Of a stretch of 64,000 nucleotides of DNA, positions 28,724 through 38,652 are shown piece after piece. The DNA lies in IMG/VR virus record IMGVR_UViG_3300047312_000347; one strand, 5' to 3'. Source of the stretch: an uncultured virus (IMG/VR IMGVR_UViG_3300047312_000347). Lineage: Duplodnaviria > Heunggongvirae > Uroviricota > Caudoviricetes. The notes beneath the pieces are model-generated. The model did no database searches. It was not told the DNA's origin and saw nothing but the letters and a program-made list of their open reading frames with translations. Numbering within the stretch: the stretch's first letter is position 1; each line of letters begins with the position of its first letter. The translations under genes were made by a program, and so were the position numbers.

Positions 28724-29890
28724 TTACGCACTCTTGGCCTTGTAGGCGTTGGTTAGGCCGTCGACATATTTTGCGTAGGCCGCCTGGGACGGACTCAAGC
28801 TCGGGTTGGGCAGTGGCCGCGACCATGCATCGATCGTCCGCTGCAATCCGCCTTTCTTGACTTCCCGCGTCACAGCGCGGAATACGCCGTTGATGGCTTC
28901 GTCCGACATCGTCTTGGCGTCGTCGTCACCGATCTCGGCGGCCACAACCTCGCGCTTGATTTGAATGTCGGTCTTGCCGTCGGTGACCAGCTTGTCTCCG
29001 AGCACGCACCGCGCGCGGTCGAACACTTCCATGCTTTCGCGGATGGACTGGTCGCGTTTCTGCGGCGTCCATTCGGCGTCGGCGAGTTTCTTGGTGAGAC
29101 CGATGATCTCGCCGTCCTTGGTCTCGAGCGCCTTGCCGAGTACGGCGAGCTGCGCGTTCAACTCGCCCAGCTTCTTTTCGTTGTCGGCCAGCTTGCTTTG
29201 CAGGCCGCCGAGGAAACGGTCGAGAATCTGACCGTCCTTGTCCTCGAGCTCGATCTGCACGCCGTCGATCGTCTTTGTGCTCATGATGGTGGTCTCCTTT
29301 CTCGGGGCAACGCCCCTTTGCTTGGGGATGCGCTTGCGATCTCCAATTTTCAGCTTGTCGCCGCCGCGGGCGAGCTTGACGATGGCGACATGGTTGGCGC
29401 GAATGTCGGTCTGCGTCGCGTTATAAGGCTCGCCGGCCGGCGTGACACCGTCGCCCCACACGAGCTTCGCGCCGTATCCGACGCTCAACTGCGCATGGCC
29501 GTTCTGCACCGCGGTGATCGCATCGTGATCCATGAGCGCCAGCGGCACTTCGATATAGTCACCGTCGCGGGCCACCTTGCCGGTGACATACCCGACGGCA
29601 AGCTGCTTCCAGTTCTTCGCGGTGACTGCGTCGTCAGGATGATCGAGCGTGACCGGCCGCCAGGCCAGCGATGCCATTGCCGCCTTGTCGAACACCTGCT
29701 CGGCTGGCCGATAGACCCGCACCACCTCGAGGTCGTCGCGGCCCACCTCGTGGCCGCTGTAAAGCTGGATTCCGGTGCGGGCGATGCGCGGCGACGCCAC
29801 CAGATAGCCGTCTTCAGTAATCCGCATTTTGGCGCCGGCGTCGTTGAGGTCGCAGCGCTCCTCGACCTCGATCCTATCGAGCATGTTCAT
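28724..29890 (-). CDS. DUF2213 head protease/scaffold
   Basis: DGYL, IARTGIQLY, YRP, PVTLDHP, LSVGY, NHVAIV..ARGG. Confidence 0.9.
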   Translation of the reverse strand: MNMLDRIEVEERCDLNDAGAKMRITEDGYLVASPRIARTGIQLYSGHEVGRDDLEVVRVYRPAEQVFDKAAMASLAWRPVTLDHPDDAVTAKNWKQLAVGYVTGKVARDGDYIEVPLALMDHDAITAVQNGHAQLSVGYGAKLVWGDGVTPAGEPYNATQTDIRANHVAIVKLARGGDKLKIGDRKRIPKQRGVAPRKETTIMSTKTIDGVQIELEDKDGQILDRFLGGLQSKLADNEKKLGELNAQLAVLGKALETKDGEIIGLTKKLADAEWTPQKRDQSIRESMEVFDRARCVLGDKLVTDGKTDIQIKREVVAAEIGDDDAKTMSDEAINGVFRAVTREVKKGGLQRTIDAWSRPLPNPSLSPSQAAYAKYVDGLTNAYKAKSA

Positions 29891-29902
29891 GGGCGTAACC
29901 TT

Positions 29903-30037
29903 TCAGTCGACTATGGCTGGTGGCGCGATCGGATTGCGGTCCCACGCGCCGCTGAAATAGCCGTAGGCCGCAAGCGCAAGCATCGCGGCCACGACCAGTA
30001 CGAATACGGAAAGGAAAAACTGCCGGTCGCTGGGCAT
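29903..30037 (-). CDS. Small membrane peptide
   Basis: TGATG overlap; hydrophobic helix. Confidence 0.5.
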   Translation of the reverse strand: MPSDRQFFLSVFVLVVAAMLALAAYGYFSGAWDRNPIAPPAIVD

Positions 30038-30288
30038 CAGGTCAGCAGCGCCAACGGCACCAGGCCCGCATGCGAGATGATGCGGATCGATGGGATGCCG
30101 AACGCCAACGCCACCAGCATGTAGAGCCCGATCAGCGCGACCACGGCGATGTAGAGCTTGCGCACCATGTCCGGAACGGCAAACCCGATCCAACTGCAGA
30201 ACCATAGGATGATCGCCCCGACCAACAGCAGGATGGCGATGACAATGGCGATGTTGATGATGCCCAGAATGAGTCCGCTCAAACTCAT
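30037..30288 (-). CDS. Two-TM membrane protein (holin-like)
   Basis: Hydrophobic; GGAGG RBS. Confidence 0.65.
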   Translation of the reverse strand: MSLSGLILGIINIAIVIAILLLVGAIILWFCSWIGFAVPDMVRKLYIAVVALIGLYMLVALAFGIPSIRIISHAGLVPLALLT

Positions 30289-30303
30289 GTGACTACCCTC
30301 CCG

Positions 30304-30855
30304 TTAGGATTTGGTCATCTCGACCCGGTAGAGAGCGCCAAATGTTTTGGCCTCGGCGGTAACGATCTCGACCAGATGGAACTTCTTGGGAATGCGAACG
30401 CTCTCATGTCCGGAGTATTTGGGTTGCTTGTCGTCGGCCGACATCAGCAGCGGCACGCCGCCGGACTTGCGATCGACACGAAACAGCCGCCCAGGGTAGT
30501 CCTTCGCGCTGACGCCCTGTGCTTCGGTCGCAAAGCTCAAGGGAATCCAAAGCAACGGCTTTCCCTGGATGACGGCGCCGTCCTGGAACACTCGCCAATA
30601 CGGCACCGCTTCCCGGATCGTGATGGTGCGGATGGTGCCGCTGCCGCTGACGTCTGACGTCAATCCCTCGGTGGTCCAGCGCGAACCGAAATTGCCGGCC
30701 GATGTAATATCCTCTCGGCCTTTCTCAACCATCGTCTCGGCAAGCTGATCGGTGGCCGTGTCGATTGCCGCTTGGACCTTCAGCCGATACTTTTCCAGAT
30801 TGCGATCAAGTTGTGCGTCGAACGTTGGACTCTCAACGCGAATGCCGATCGCCAT
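30304..30855 (-). CDS. Tail-completion Z/DUF6441-like protein
   Basis: VFQDGAVIQGKPLLWIPL...SVRIPKKFHL. Confidence 0.6.
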   Translation of the reverse strand: MAIGIRVESPTFDAQLDRNLEKYRLKVQAAIDTATDQLAETMVEKGREDITSAGNFGSRWTTEGLTSDVSGSGTIRTITIREAVPYWRVFQDGAVIQGKPLLWIPLSFATEAQGVSAKDYPGRLFRVDRKSGGVPLLMSADDKQPKYSGHESVRIPKKFHLVEIVTAEAKTFGALYRVEMTKS

Positions 30856-31028
30856 CAGATCTGCTCTATCGATGCGGGCGCGTCACGCGGAACTTCAAGA
30901 ATCAGTTTGCGACCATCCGCAAGCGATGCCACGAGTAGCGTCGCATCGCGCTTGCCTACAGGCTCAAACTTGGCATTCACATAAGCCAGAACAGCCGGCT
31001 GTCCATCTACAGTGCCCTGCTCGATCAT
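30855..31028 (-). CDS. 57-aa protein, candidate MuF immunity partner
   Basis: MIEQGTVDGQPAVLAYV...; ATGA overlap with MuF stop and TGATG with next gene. Confidence 0.6.
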   Translation of the reverse strand: MIEQGTVDGQPAVLAYVNAKFEPVGKRDATLLVASLADGRKLILEVPRDAPASIEQI

Positions 31029-33214
31029 GTAATCTTCTTCTTGGAAATGCGATCAACAGTCCGATAGAGATTGCGCCACAACGTGGTGCCCTTGGCCTCG
31101 CCTGCCGCCTTTGCCACATAACCCTCCGGCGTCTTAGCCACCGTCTTGAGACGCTCGCTGATGATCCGGCTGTAACCAAGATGCTCCGGGAATTGCCCGG
31201 TCGTGTATTTGATACGCGCCATCTCGGCGAGTGTTTCGTGAAAGGCAATGTTGTGCGAAACATTGTGTTCATGATAGCCCTTCCAATACTCTGCGCTATA
31301 ATCCGACACACCATCTCCCTTGTGAAACTCCTCAGTGCCGTGCGCATAAAGCGCATCGTGCATCGCAGTATAGTCAGGATATTTCTTGTCGTAGGGTTCG
31401 CGCAGACTGCCGTCGGGTTTCATCATCGCATCAGTGCCGCCGCGCTTGCCCCACCAATATGGGTGATCCGGATCAGGCGCCGGACCAGGGTCTTTCGAAA
31501 TGGCATCGGATTCACGTCGATAAGCATCGAGCGCACCCTGAAACTTTTCATGCTCGATCTCGTGCGCAGTGACACCAGCCACGCTTTCCGGCTGCAAATG
31601 TTCCGCATATAACCGGATGCGGCCCTGTTCGCCCTTCGTGATCTCCGCGTCACCGGCTGCTACATGCATTACGCCATTGACATCGAATTGCCGCGTGCCC
31701 GCCACAACGTCTATGCGTGAACTATCGAAACCGAGGTCCGCGGAAACTTTATCAGCCGTGGCCCGAACCTGCTCGTGGCTCATGCCGCTTGCTTTTTCAC
31801 CACCCTCCGCGCCGCCAGCCGGGCCACCGCCAGTCCATTTGCCAGACGGATCGCGCGGTTGATCCGGGCTATAGTCAGGCAGCAGGGCGGCGTCTTGTCC
31901 GAGTACGGGCGCGCCGAATCCCAGGAGTGAAAGCTGCGCAGGATCAACGAGCACCGGCACAAGCGAGCAGCGGCAATTCGGATGCGCAGGAATCAGGAAG
32001 TCCGCCTCATCGAGCGTGTATGGTCCAGCATCAGCGATGTCGTTGCACTCGTCACAAACGCGATCATCGCCAGCGGTTTGCACATTCACTTGTTCTTCTT
32101 CTTCTTCGGGTGCTACCGCTTCGGCTGCAGCTTCGATCGAGCCGACCTCTTCAGCCGCCGCCGCTGCGGCTTCCTCGGTCGCTGCCTCCGCGGCTGTTTG
32201 CTCGACTGCCTGCTCGGCCGCTTGCGCCGCATACTCGGCCGCGCGCGCCTCTTTTCTAGCGGCAAGCACCTCCTGCCAGGCCGCCGCAGCCTCTTTTTCT
32301 CTTGCCGCCGTAGCGGCCTTCGCTGCCGCTACTTCCTCGCTCGCCCGCGCGCGAGAGATCGCCAATCCGGATTGAGCTTCGGCCCGGCTCAGGCTCAACA
32401 TCGCGCCAGCCTTGTGGGCCTCGATCTCGGCCGCCACCCGCGCCTGTTCGGCTTCCAGCTCCGCTTGCGCCACCGCTTGCTCGGCTTCCCGTTGGCGTTG
32501 CTGGGCCGCAAGCAACTCGTTTGCCGCCCGCAGTTTTCGTTCCTCTAGGGTCTCGGCGTCACGCATCCGATGATCGTGCCGCAAATGATCCCGCTTCAAG
32601 AACCGCGAGGGCTTACGCGGCTCGAGACGTTCCGGAACGATACCGACCCGCGTGATGCCGGCGGCGCGGAATTGCGCTAGCCGACCGGAGTTGTGCAGCT
32701 TGACCGTTAACGTGTTGGCCGCTGACCGCACGCGTGCGTCACCGACCTTCCGTAGCACCGGGAGAACCTGGCGGTACATCGGTTGCGGCTTGCGCCGACC
32801 GAGCGCGGCGCCGGCGGCCTGCCTGGTCACCTGCTGCACCAAGGCCGCCGCGATGCCCGCGAACTCGCGACCGGCGAGCTCGCGGAACACCGCCGGCAGT
32901 GGCGCGGCACCGGGAGGCGTGTGTGTCAGCGCACTGCCTACTGCAAATCCGGAAGCGTAGGCGCGCTCGAGGAACCGCTCCCACCAGCGGCCACCGAGCA
33001 ACTGCGCGTTAACCGTCTGCTCGAACCATTGCATGAACGCCGCGAGCCGATTACCCGGATGCGGCAGCAACTGCGCCAGCGGATTGCCGCGCGCCGCCAT
33101 CAGGTCGTGCTCGACCAGCATTGTGTGCGTCAGCGAGCGTACTCGCGCCAGGCGGCGATTGCCTTCGGCCAGGAACGATCGCCGCAGGCCCGCCGTGCCG
33201 GTCGGGTCGCTCAC
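31025..33214 (-). CDS. MuF/gp7 head morphogenesis protein with C-terminal HExxH domain
   Basis: SDPTGT start, TAGDDRVCDEC..IPAHPNCRC; HEIEH..VSDY..HETLAE. Confidence 0.8.
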   Translation of the reverse strand: MSDPTGTAGLRRSFLAEGNRRLARVRSLTHTMLVEHDLMAARGNPLAQLLPHPGNRLAAFMQWFEQTVNAQLLGGRWWERFLERAYASGFAVGSALTHTPPGAAPLPAVFRELAGREFAGIAAALVQQVTRQAAGAALGRRKPQPMYRQVLPVLRKVGDARVRSAANTLTVKLHNSGRLAQFRAAGITRVGIVPERLEPRKPSRFLKRDHLRHDHRMRDAETLEERKLRAANELLAAQQRQREAEQAVAQAELEAEQARVAAEIEAHKAGAMLSLSRAEAQSGLAISRARASEEVAAAKAATAAREKEAAAAWQEVLAARKEARAAEYAAQAAEQAVEQTAAEAATEEAAAAAAEEVGSIEAAAEAVAPEEEEEQVNVQTAGDDRVCDECNDIADAGPYTLDEADFLIPAHPNCRCSLVPVLVDPAQLSLLGFGAPVLGQDAALLPDYSPDQPRDPSGKWTGGGPAGGAEGGEKASGMSHEQVRATADKVSADLGFDSSRIDVVAGTRQFDVNGVMHVAAGDAEITKGEQGRIRLYAEHLQPESVAGVTAHEIEHEKFQGALDAYRRESDAISKDPGPAPDPDHPYWWGKRGGTDAMMKPDGSLREPYDKKYPDYTAMHDALYAHGTEEFHKGDGVSDYSAEYWKGYHEHNVSHNIAFHETLAEMARIKYTTGQFPEHLGYSRIISERLKTVAKTPEGYVAKAAGEAKGTTLWRNLYRTVDRISKKKIT

Positions 33215-33582
33215 CGAACGGCGCCTCCCGCAGCGTCGGGCACATCGATCGCCACCGCAAACTCGCGCAGATCTTGCTGCGGCACGGGAGCGGCACGCGT
33301 GCCCGAGCGAAACTTGATGAAAGCCACGGCACGCCCGACATCATGCGAGATGAGCACCGCCGCACCCGGAACCACCACCGGCAACGTCACCTCATGACCA
33401 TCGAGCGTGAATAGATCATTGTAGAACACGCCGTCCGTGCTGATCTGGAACGTCAGCGGCGCCGCCTCCGACCAGGCACCCGGCATGGTGATCCGCACCA
33501 GTTCGCCTGGCGTGCAGTCGATTTCATTCGAGAGCGACTCGCCGGCGTCGATGAATGGGCCGTTCAAGACCTGCAAGGTCAT
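33211..33582 (-). CDS. Hypothetical virion-associated protein
   Basis: AAGGAG RBS; GESLS...MPGAW..A.LTFQISTDG. Confidence 0.7.
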   Translation of the reverse strand: MTLQVLNGPFIDAGESLSNEIDCTPGELVRITMPGAWSEAAPLTFQISTDGVFYNDLFTLDGHEVTLPVVVPGAAVLISHDVGRAVAFIKFRSGTRAAPVPQQDLREFAVAIDVPDAAGGAVR

Positions 33583-33592
33583 GAGTTTCTCC

Positions 33593-35083
33593 TTACGGCG
33601 CTGGAGGCATAGGCTTGGGTGGTGTTGGTGGCGGCGGCGGCACGTTGGGATCACCCGGCGGCGCATTCGGATCGGGCGGCTGCCCCGTGAACGGAGCGAG
33701 CTGCGGCGGTGGTGCGGGCGCGTTCTGCTCCTCGATCGTATCGCCCTCGGCCGCCGCATCCTGGAGCGCCTGCTCGAGCCCTGGATAGAACCCGTCCTCA
33801 ATCAACTGATTGATGCGCGCATGCGCCAGCGCGGTCGCCGGGATCTGGCCCTCGTCAGCGTCGATCTTGTAGGTCTGCGCCTTCTTCAGCGCCAAGTCCG
33901 CCTTCTCGCCGTCGGTCTGTTGCCACAGCGAGTTCCATTCGTAATAGATTTCGTCGGGCCGGTCGCCCAACGACGAGCGGATTAGCACCTCGTCGAGAAT
34001 GTTCATCGCCGGTGTCAGGTTGACCGACTGCTCGCTCGCTAGCCGATCGTAGTAATTCCGGAAATCTGCCTCACCGGTGGTGTTGAGGCCGCGATGCGGA
34101 AGACCCAGAAACCGCGAGGCTGGAATATCGGCGGCGCCCGACGTGATCTGCAGGTAGGCCGTCAGCAAGGCCTCGGCTCCCGCCAGGTTGGTCCCGATGC
34201 GCTGCCACTCCTCGCCGGAATCCAGCAGGATGGTGTTGATGATCGACTTGGCGGCGTTGGCGTTCTTAAACCGGCTGATGATCTTTTGCGTGCCGGGGGC
34301 GGTCGACAGCTCCTCGCTTAGGTTGGGCACCTTGATGACATCTATCTTCATCTCCGACATCAACGTCGCCAACGATCCAGCAATCAACCCGCACGCCTTA
34401 ATGGCACTGTTGATCGGCTGCAACACGCTATCGCCGAACGATGACGTGCTCGAGGTGAGAATGTCGGGGGGCGGCAGTCCGACGAACCGCACGACGCGCG
34501 ACGGATGCAGTTTGACTTGCAAACCAGGCATCTGCGAGAACGACGCGGAATTGGTCAGCACGGGGCGGCCAAATCGCTCGAACTGTGTCTGCAACTGATA
34601 CCAACTGGGCTGCCCCCAGTATGGCGAGCTTACGTCCCAGACTGTGTCGCCCATCGACAAATAGTGCCACGGCACCACGTGCAGGAACTTCAGATCGCCC
34701 TCGCCGACCGCTTCAGGGACGAGCTCCTCCTCTGGATTGCCGGATTCGACCCCGATGACGATGACCGAGCCGCCGTACAGCCGCGCCTTGACCAGCGCCT
34801 GCTGCACCTTCATCCGCACGAACAATTTTCGCTCGCACATCTCGAGCTTGGTGATCTGGTCCTGCTCGGCCTGCCACGCCCGCCATTCCCGCGTCATGTC
34901 AAAGGCCGGAATATCGATGCACTTGCGCGCGATCCAGTCGCCGCGATAGGCGATCTCACATTCGGCCAACGACATCGGGTCGAACGTGTATTCCTGCGAC
35001 GCGAATTTGTCGCGGCCAGGCACACCGAGGCCAGCGAGCAGATTTTGCATGCCGTCACGTAGTTTTGTGACGACGCCCATCAA
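33593..35083 (-). CDS. Portal protein (DUF1073-like)
   Basis: IARKCIDIPAFDMTREW, ARLYGG, HPSRV, IPASRFLG, RNYYD. Confidence 0.9.
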   Translation of the reverse strand: MMGVVTKLRDGMQNLLAGLGVPGRDKFASQEYTFDPMSLAECEIAYRGDWIARKCIDIPAFDMTREWRAWQAEQDQITKLEMCERKLFVRMKVQQALVKARLYGGSVIVIGVESGNPEEELVPEAVGEGDLKFLHVVPWHYLSMGDTVWDVSSPYWGQPSWYQLQTQFERFGRPVLTNSASFSQMPGLQVKLHPSRVVRFVGLPPPDILTSSTSSFGDSVLQPINSAIKACGLIAGSLATLMSEMKIDVIKVPNLSEELSTAPGTQKIISRFKNANAAKSIINTILLDSGEEWQRIGTNLAGAEALLTAYLQITSGAADIPASRFLGLPHRGLNTTGEADFRNYYDRLASEQSVNLTPAMNILDEVLIRSSLGDRPDEIYYEWNSLWQQTDGEKADLALKKAQTYKIDADEGQIPATALAHARINQLIEDGFYPGLEQALQDAAAEGDTIEEQNAPAPPPQLAPFTGQPPDPNAPPGDPNVPPPPPTPPKPMPPAP

Positions 35084-35244
35084 GCGCGAGCCTCAAACCT
35101 GTCACGCAATTTTTCGAGCATGGCTTGCAGTACGCTTTCCATCGCGCTCAGCAACGCTTCCTGTCGTTCTGGTTCGCTGCGATGGTCGCTATCGCAAACA
35201 GCAACGAGCACATCGAGTATTTGCTGATAGGTCTCGTGTTCCAT
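35080..35244 (-). CDS. Hypothetical protein
   Basis: Fills terminase-portal gap, overlaps portal start. Confidence 0.45.
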   Translation of the reverse strand: MEHETYQQILDVLVAVCDSDHRSEPERQEALLSAMESVLQAMLEKLRDRFEARA

Positions 35245-35254
35245 TTTTAAGGTC

Positions 35255-36523
35255 TCAGCTCGCCATGGCGTCGAGATTGTACCCGCGCTTCTTGCGCTCG
35301 AAGCACGCCCAGGCAAGTGCCAGCGCGCATACGCAGTCGTCATGCTGTCCGGGAGGCGCTGAATAGCGCACGCCGAGCGCGGTGTATGAATATTCGAACT
35401 CGGACAACTCGATGCTGATCGGCCCTTGCGGAAAGCGCACCTTGCGTTCGTGGATCGCCAGCGCCAGACCTTCCATCAGCATCTGCTTGGATGCGCTGGT
35501 GAACCGAAACCCTTCCAGCCGCGGGCACGACAATTCGTAGACGTCCGCGCCATTGCCGCTCTTGCTGTGATCAGGGCGCTTGATCGCCTCGACGATGGGA
35601 TCACCAACACCGGTCTCATCGATCAGAGCCGGCGTCCTGGCGACAAACTTCTTGATGATCTTGACTTGTTCCGACCACGGTTTCTGAAACCGCAGCGCAA
35701 TGGCGACGCAGCCCTCGGCATCAAGCCCGATGCCCACCGTCCAGTCCTGCTTGCGCGCCAGATCCCAACCCCACGCAACCGCCGGCTTGCCGGACAGCGG
35801 CGCGATGCAGGCGCGTATGTGGTCGGCACCGAACGGATTTCCTTCGTCATCGCTCGGCTCGGCGAGGTAGAGCTCGCGGAACACATGGTCCGGCAGCATC
35901 GACTTGGCCGACTCGATCTCCGCGTCGGCCAGCACACCAGCCGCCACAGCGTCATAGGCCGTGAGCTTATGGTATCCGAGTTCCGGAAAGCCAGCCTCTG
36001 CCTTGCGCGCGAGCTGATAGAACCAGTTCTTTCGTCCTTTGACGTTGCCGATGATGCGGATCGGCCCGCGCGTTGCGGTGAGGGTCGAGCGGATGGCGTG
36101 CCAGCTTTCCTCTTTGAAACGCGACGCCTCGTCAATCACCGCCGCATAGACGTCTTCGCCATAGAGCGAGTCGGAATGATCGCCGCTGCGGAACGCAATC
36201 ACCGCGCCGCGCGCGTTGGTCAGCGTGTGATCGCTGAGATTGACCGCGAATATCGGCAAGCCGTCCTGGTCCACGAAATGCTGGCGCATGCGGTTGAACG
36301 CGATGCGTGCCTGCAGGCTCACCGGCGCAACCCACCAGAAGTTTTGTCCGGGCGCGCCTTGCAGCGCCTTCTCGTACAGCCAAATAATGCCGCTTACGGT
36401 CTTGCCGCTCTTGCTGCTCGCCTCGATGACGGAGATGCGGCGCGGATCAAACATCGCCGCCATCTGCTTGGAATACAGCGGCGGCCGTTGATAGATGATC
36501 TCCTGCGGCACCTGCTCGAGCAT
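35255..36523 (-). CDS. terL: Terminase large subunit
   Basis: SKSGKT, VIDEA, GWDLA, DETGVG, HDDCV.ALALA. Confidence 0.92.
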   Translation of the reverse strand: MLEQVPQEIIYQRPPLYSKQMAAMFDPRRISVIEASSKSGKTVSGIIWLYEKALQGAPGQNFWWVAPVSLQARIAFNRMRQHFVDQDGLPIFAVNLSDHTLTNARGAVIAFRSGDHSDSLYGEDVYAAVIDEASRFKEESWHAIRSTLTATRGPIRIIGNVKGRKNWFYQLARKAEAGFPELGYHKLTAYDAVAAGVLADAEIESAKSMLPDHVFRELYLAEPSDDEGNPFGADHIRACIAPLSGKPAVAWGWDLARKQDWTVGIGLDAEGCVAIALRFQKPWSEQVKIIKKFVARTPALIDETGVGDPIVEAIKRPDHSKSGNGADVYELSCPRLEGFRFTSASKQMLMEGLALAIHERKVRFPQGPISIELSEFEYSYTALGVRYSAPPGQHDDCVCALALAWACFERKKRGYNLDAMAS

Positions 36524-37056
36524 TACGCCGCAGCCTCGTCGTCGACCGCAGCAGGCTGCTCCTCGACCTCCGTCGCATCACCCTCGATGGTCGCGTCGCT
36601 GTATACCTTGCCGCCGCGCTCATCGAGAATCGTGCAATTGACGATGGTGCGCTGCCGCTCGCCCTGCGGCACCATCGCGATCGCCGCCAGCCGCGGCGCC
36701 TCGTATGGCGTGATCGCCTCGAGGTATCGCAACTGCAGCATCGCGAGATCCATAAAGATCTTGTAGTCGCCGCCTTTCCGCGGCTCACCATTGGGCTCCC
36801 ACGGTTGTTTGAGCGCCATCGCCGAGCCGAGATAGCGCGCGGTCTTGCGTAAGCTCGTCAGCGAGAGCTCATGCACGGCCGGCGCGTTCGCTCTGGCTTT
36901 CTCGATCGCCGCGATGGTGCGCTTGTTGAGCGCTCCGGCCGGGCGGCCACCCTTGGTGGGATTGTTTGGGTCCTTCGCCCGCGACTTGCGTTTGTACGGC
37001 TCAGGGGATTTGGAAATGTCGGCAAAGTTGAATGGCTTATCGGGGGGCGTCGTCAT
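36523..37056 (-). CDS. Terminase small subunit (putative)
   Basis: GGRPAGALNKRT, PYEAPRL; TAATG overlap with terL. Confidence 0.7.
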   Translation of the reverse strand: MTTPPDKPFNFADISKSPEPYKRKSRAKDPNNPTKGGRPAGALNKRTIAAIEKARANAPAVHELSLTSLRKTARYLGSAMALKQPWEPNGEPRKGGDYKIFMDLAMLQLRYLEAITPYEAPRLAAIAMVPQGERQRTIVNCTILDERGGKVYSDATIEGDATEVEEQPAAVDDEAAA

Positions 37057-38360
37057 GCCGGTACCGCGGCCTCTTCGGGTTGATGCTCAGGCCTGGCCAC
37101 GCGCTCGGCCTTGACCTGCTCGAAGGTTTGCCCGTCGAGCGTGGCCTGCTCGCCGGTGAACGCCTGCCAGCGCAGCACCGCAACGTCGACGTAGGCGGGA
37201 TTGATCTCGAGCGCGCGGCAGGCGCGCCCGGTCATCTCGGCCGCAATGATCGTGGTGCCCGAGCCGACGAACGGATCGTAGAGGACATCGCCGGCGGCCG
37301 AGTTGTTCTCGATCGGCCGCTTCATGCACTCGACCGGCTTCTGCGTGCTGTGACCGTGCCCACTGTCCTCGCGCGCCGGGATCTGCCACAGCGTCGTCTG
37401 GCTGCGGTCGCCAAGCCAGTGCCCGGTGGCGCCCTTGCGCACCGCATACCAACACGGCTCGTGCTGCCAATGATAATCGCCGCGCGAGAGCGCAAAGCGA
37501 TCCTTCGCCCAGACGATCTGCGACCGGACTTCGAAGCCGGCCGCCTCAAGCGAGGCCTGCACGGTGCTCGCGTATTTTCCGGCGTGCCAACAGTATGCGG
37601 CATCGCCCGGAAACAGCACCCACGCCTCGCGCCAATCGGCGCGATCGTCATTGGCAACATCGCCCATCTTGCCGCGGTTGTTATTGACGCCGGCCTCGGC
37701 TCGCCACTTTGGATTGTAGTCGACCCCATAGGGCGGGTCGGTCACCATGAGATGCGGCGCCGAGCCGCCGAGCGCGAGCGCCACATCACCGGCGTTCGTG
37801 GCATCGCCGCAGACTAGACGGTGGTCCCCGAGCAACCAAACATCGCCCGGCTTGCTGACCGGAACCGCAGGCGCCTCAGGCACCTCGTCGGGATCCGTCA
37901 ACCCCGCGTTGGCTGGATTAAGGAACGACGCCAATTCCGCATCACCGAACCCAAGCAGCGGCAGCTCAAACCCGTGCAGCTTCAACTCGCCGAGCTCGAG
38001 CTGCATGAGCTCCTGATCCCAACCGGCGAGCAGCGCGACCTGGTTGTCGGCAATTCGTAACGCGCGTTTGTCGTCGTCGGACAACCCACGCTGCATCACC
38101 ACCGGGAACGTCTCGAAGCCAGCCTTGATCGCCGCCAGCCGCCGGCCATGCCCCTTGAGGATAACGCCGGCCTCGTCGACCACGATCGGCTGGTCCACGC
38201 CGTAGCGCAGCATGAGGTTGGCGAGCAGCTCGATCTGCTCGTCGCTGTGCGTGCGCGCGTTCTGCGGATACGGCGTGATAGCGGCCAGCGGCCGGGTCTC
38301 GACGTGCGCGGCCGGCTGTGCCTTCGTTTCCTTGGCTATTTTACTCGGGCCGCGCTTCAC
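37053..38360 (-). CDS. ParB-N domain fused DNA methyltransferase
   Basis: NARTHS..GHGRRLAA; TDPPY; HSTQKP; DPFVGSGTT. Confidence 0.9.
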   Translation of the reverse strand: MKRGPSKIAKETKAQPAAHVETRPLAAITPYPQNARTHSDEQIELLANLMLRYGVDQPIVVDEAGVILKGHGRRLAAIKAGFETFPVVMQRGLSDDDKRALRIADNQVALLAGWDQELMQLELGELKLHGFELPLLGFGDAELASFLNPANAGLTDPDEVPEAPAVPVSKPGDVWLLGDHRLVCGDATNAGDVALALGGSAPHLMVTDPPYGVDYNPKWRAEAGVNNNRGKMGDVANDDRADWREAWVLFPGDAAYCWHAGKYASTVQASLEAAGFEVRSQIVWAKDRFALSRGDYHWQHEPCWYAVRKGATGHWLGDRSQTTLWQIPAREDSGHGHSTQKPVECMKRPIENNSAAGDVLYDPFVGSGTTIIAAEMTGRACRALEINPAYVDVAVLRWQAFTGEQATLDGQTFEQVKAERVARPEHQPEEAAVPA

Positions 38361-38488
38361 GGTGGTTCACCTATCCGGCACACGGGCTACCCCGGCTTCA
38401 AAGGGGCGCGGGCGTCCATGCGTTGGTTTGCGCTGGCCGCTACCCACCTAGCGCGCCGGCGCAAAACGCACCAGCGGCCATTTGTGGG

Positions 38489-38504
38489 CGTTTCACGTGA
38501 AACA
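38489..38504. promoter_or_regulatory. Canonical parS palindrome
   Basis: CGTTTCACGTGAAACA vs consensus TGTTTCACGTGAAACA; intergenic. Confidence 0.75.
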
Positions 38505-38652
38505 TGAATCCGGGGAATATTTGGAAACGCGCGCCGCGCGGTCGAGGGACGTGGATTTTGGCCCTCAATAGATGCGAGGAATGGAAACCAACAACAATGT
38601 AAAGAAACCAATGCACGCGACCGATGGAACTTTGATTGATCGCGACTTGCGA

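Noticed and set aside
33593..35083. Anti-CBASS Acb1 label often attached to DUF1073 proteins
   Set aside because: Position after terL and motifs indicate a portal; no C-terminal 2H phosphoesterase (HxT) domain seen
35426..36766. Long antisense/alternate-frame ORFs (also 50445..51692, 28961..30124, 10670..11782, 26772..28049 extension)
   Set aside because: Shadow frames of well-supported genes in GC-rich DNA
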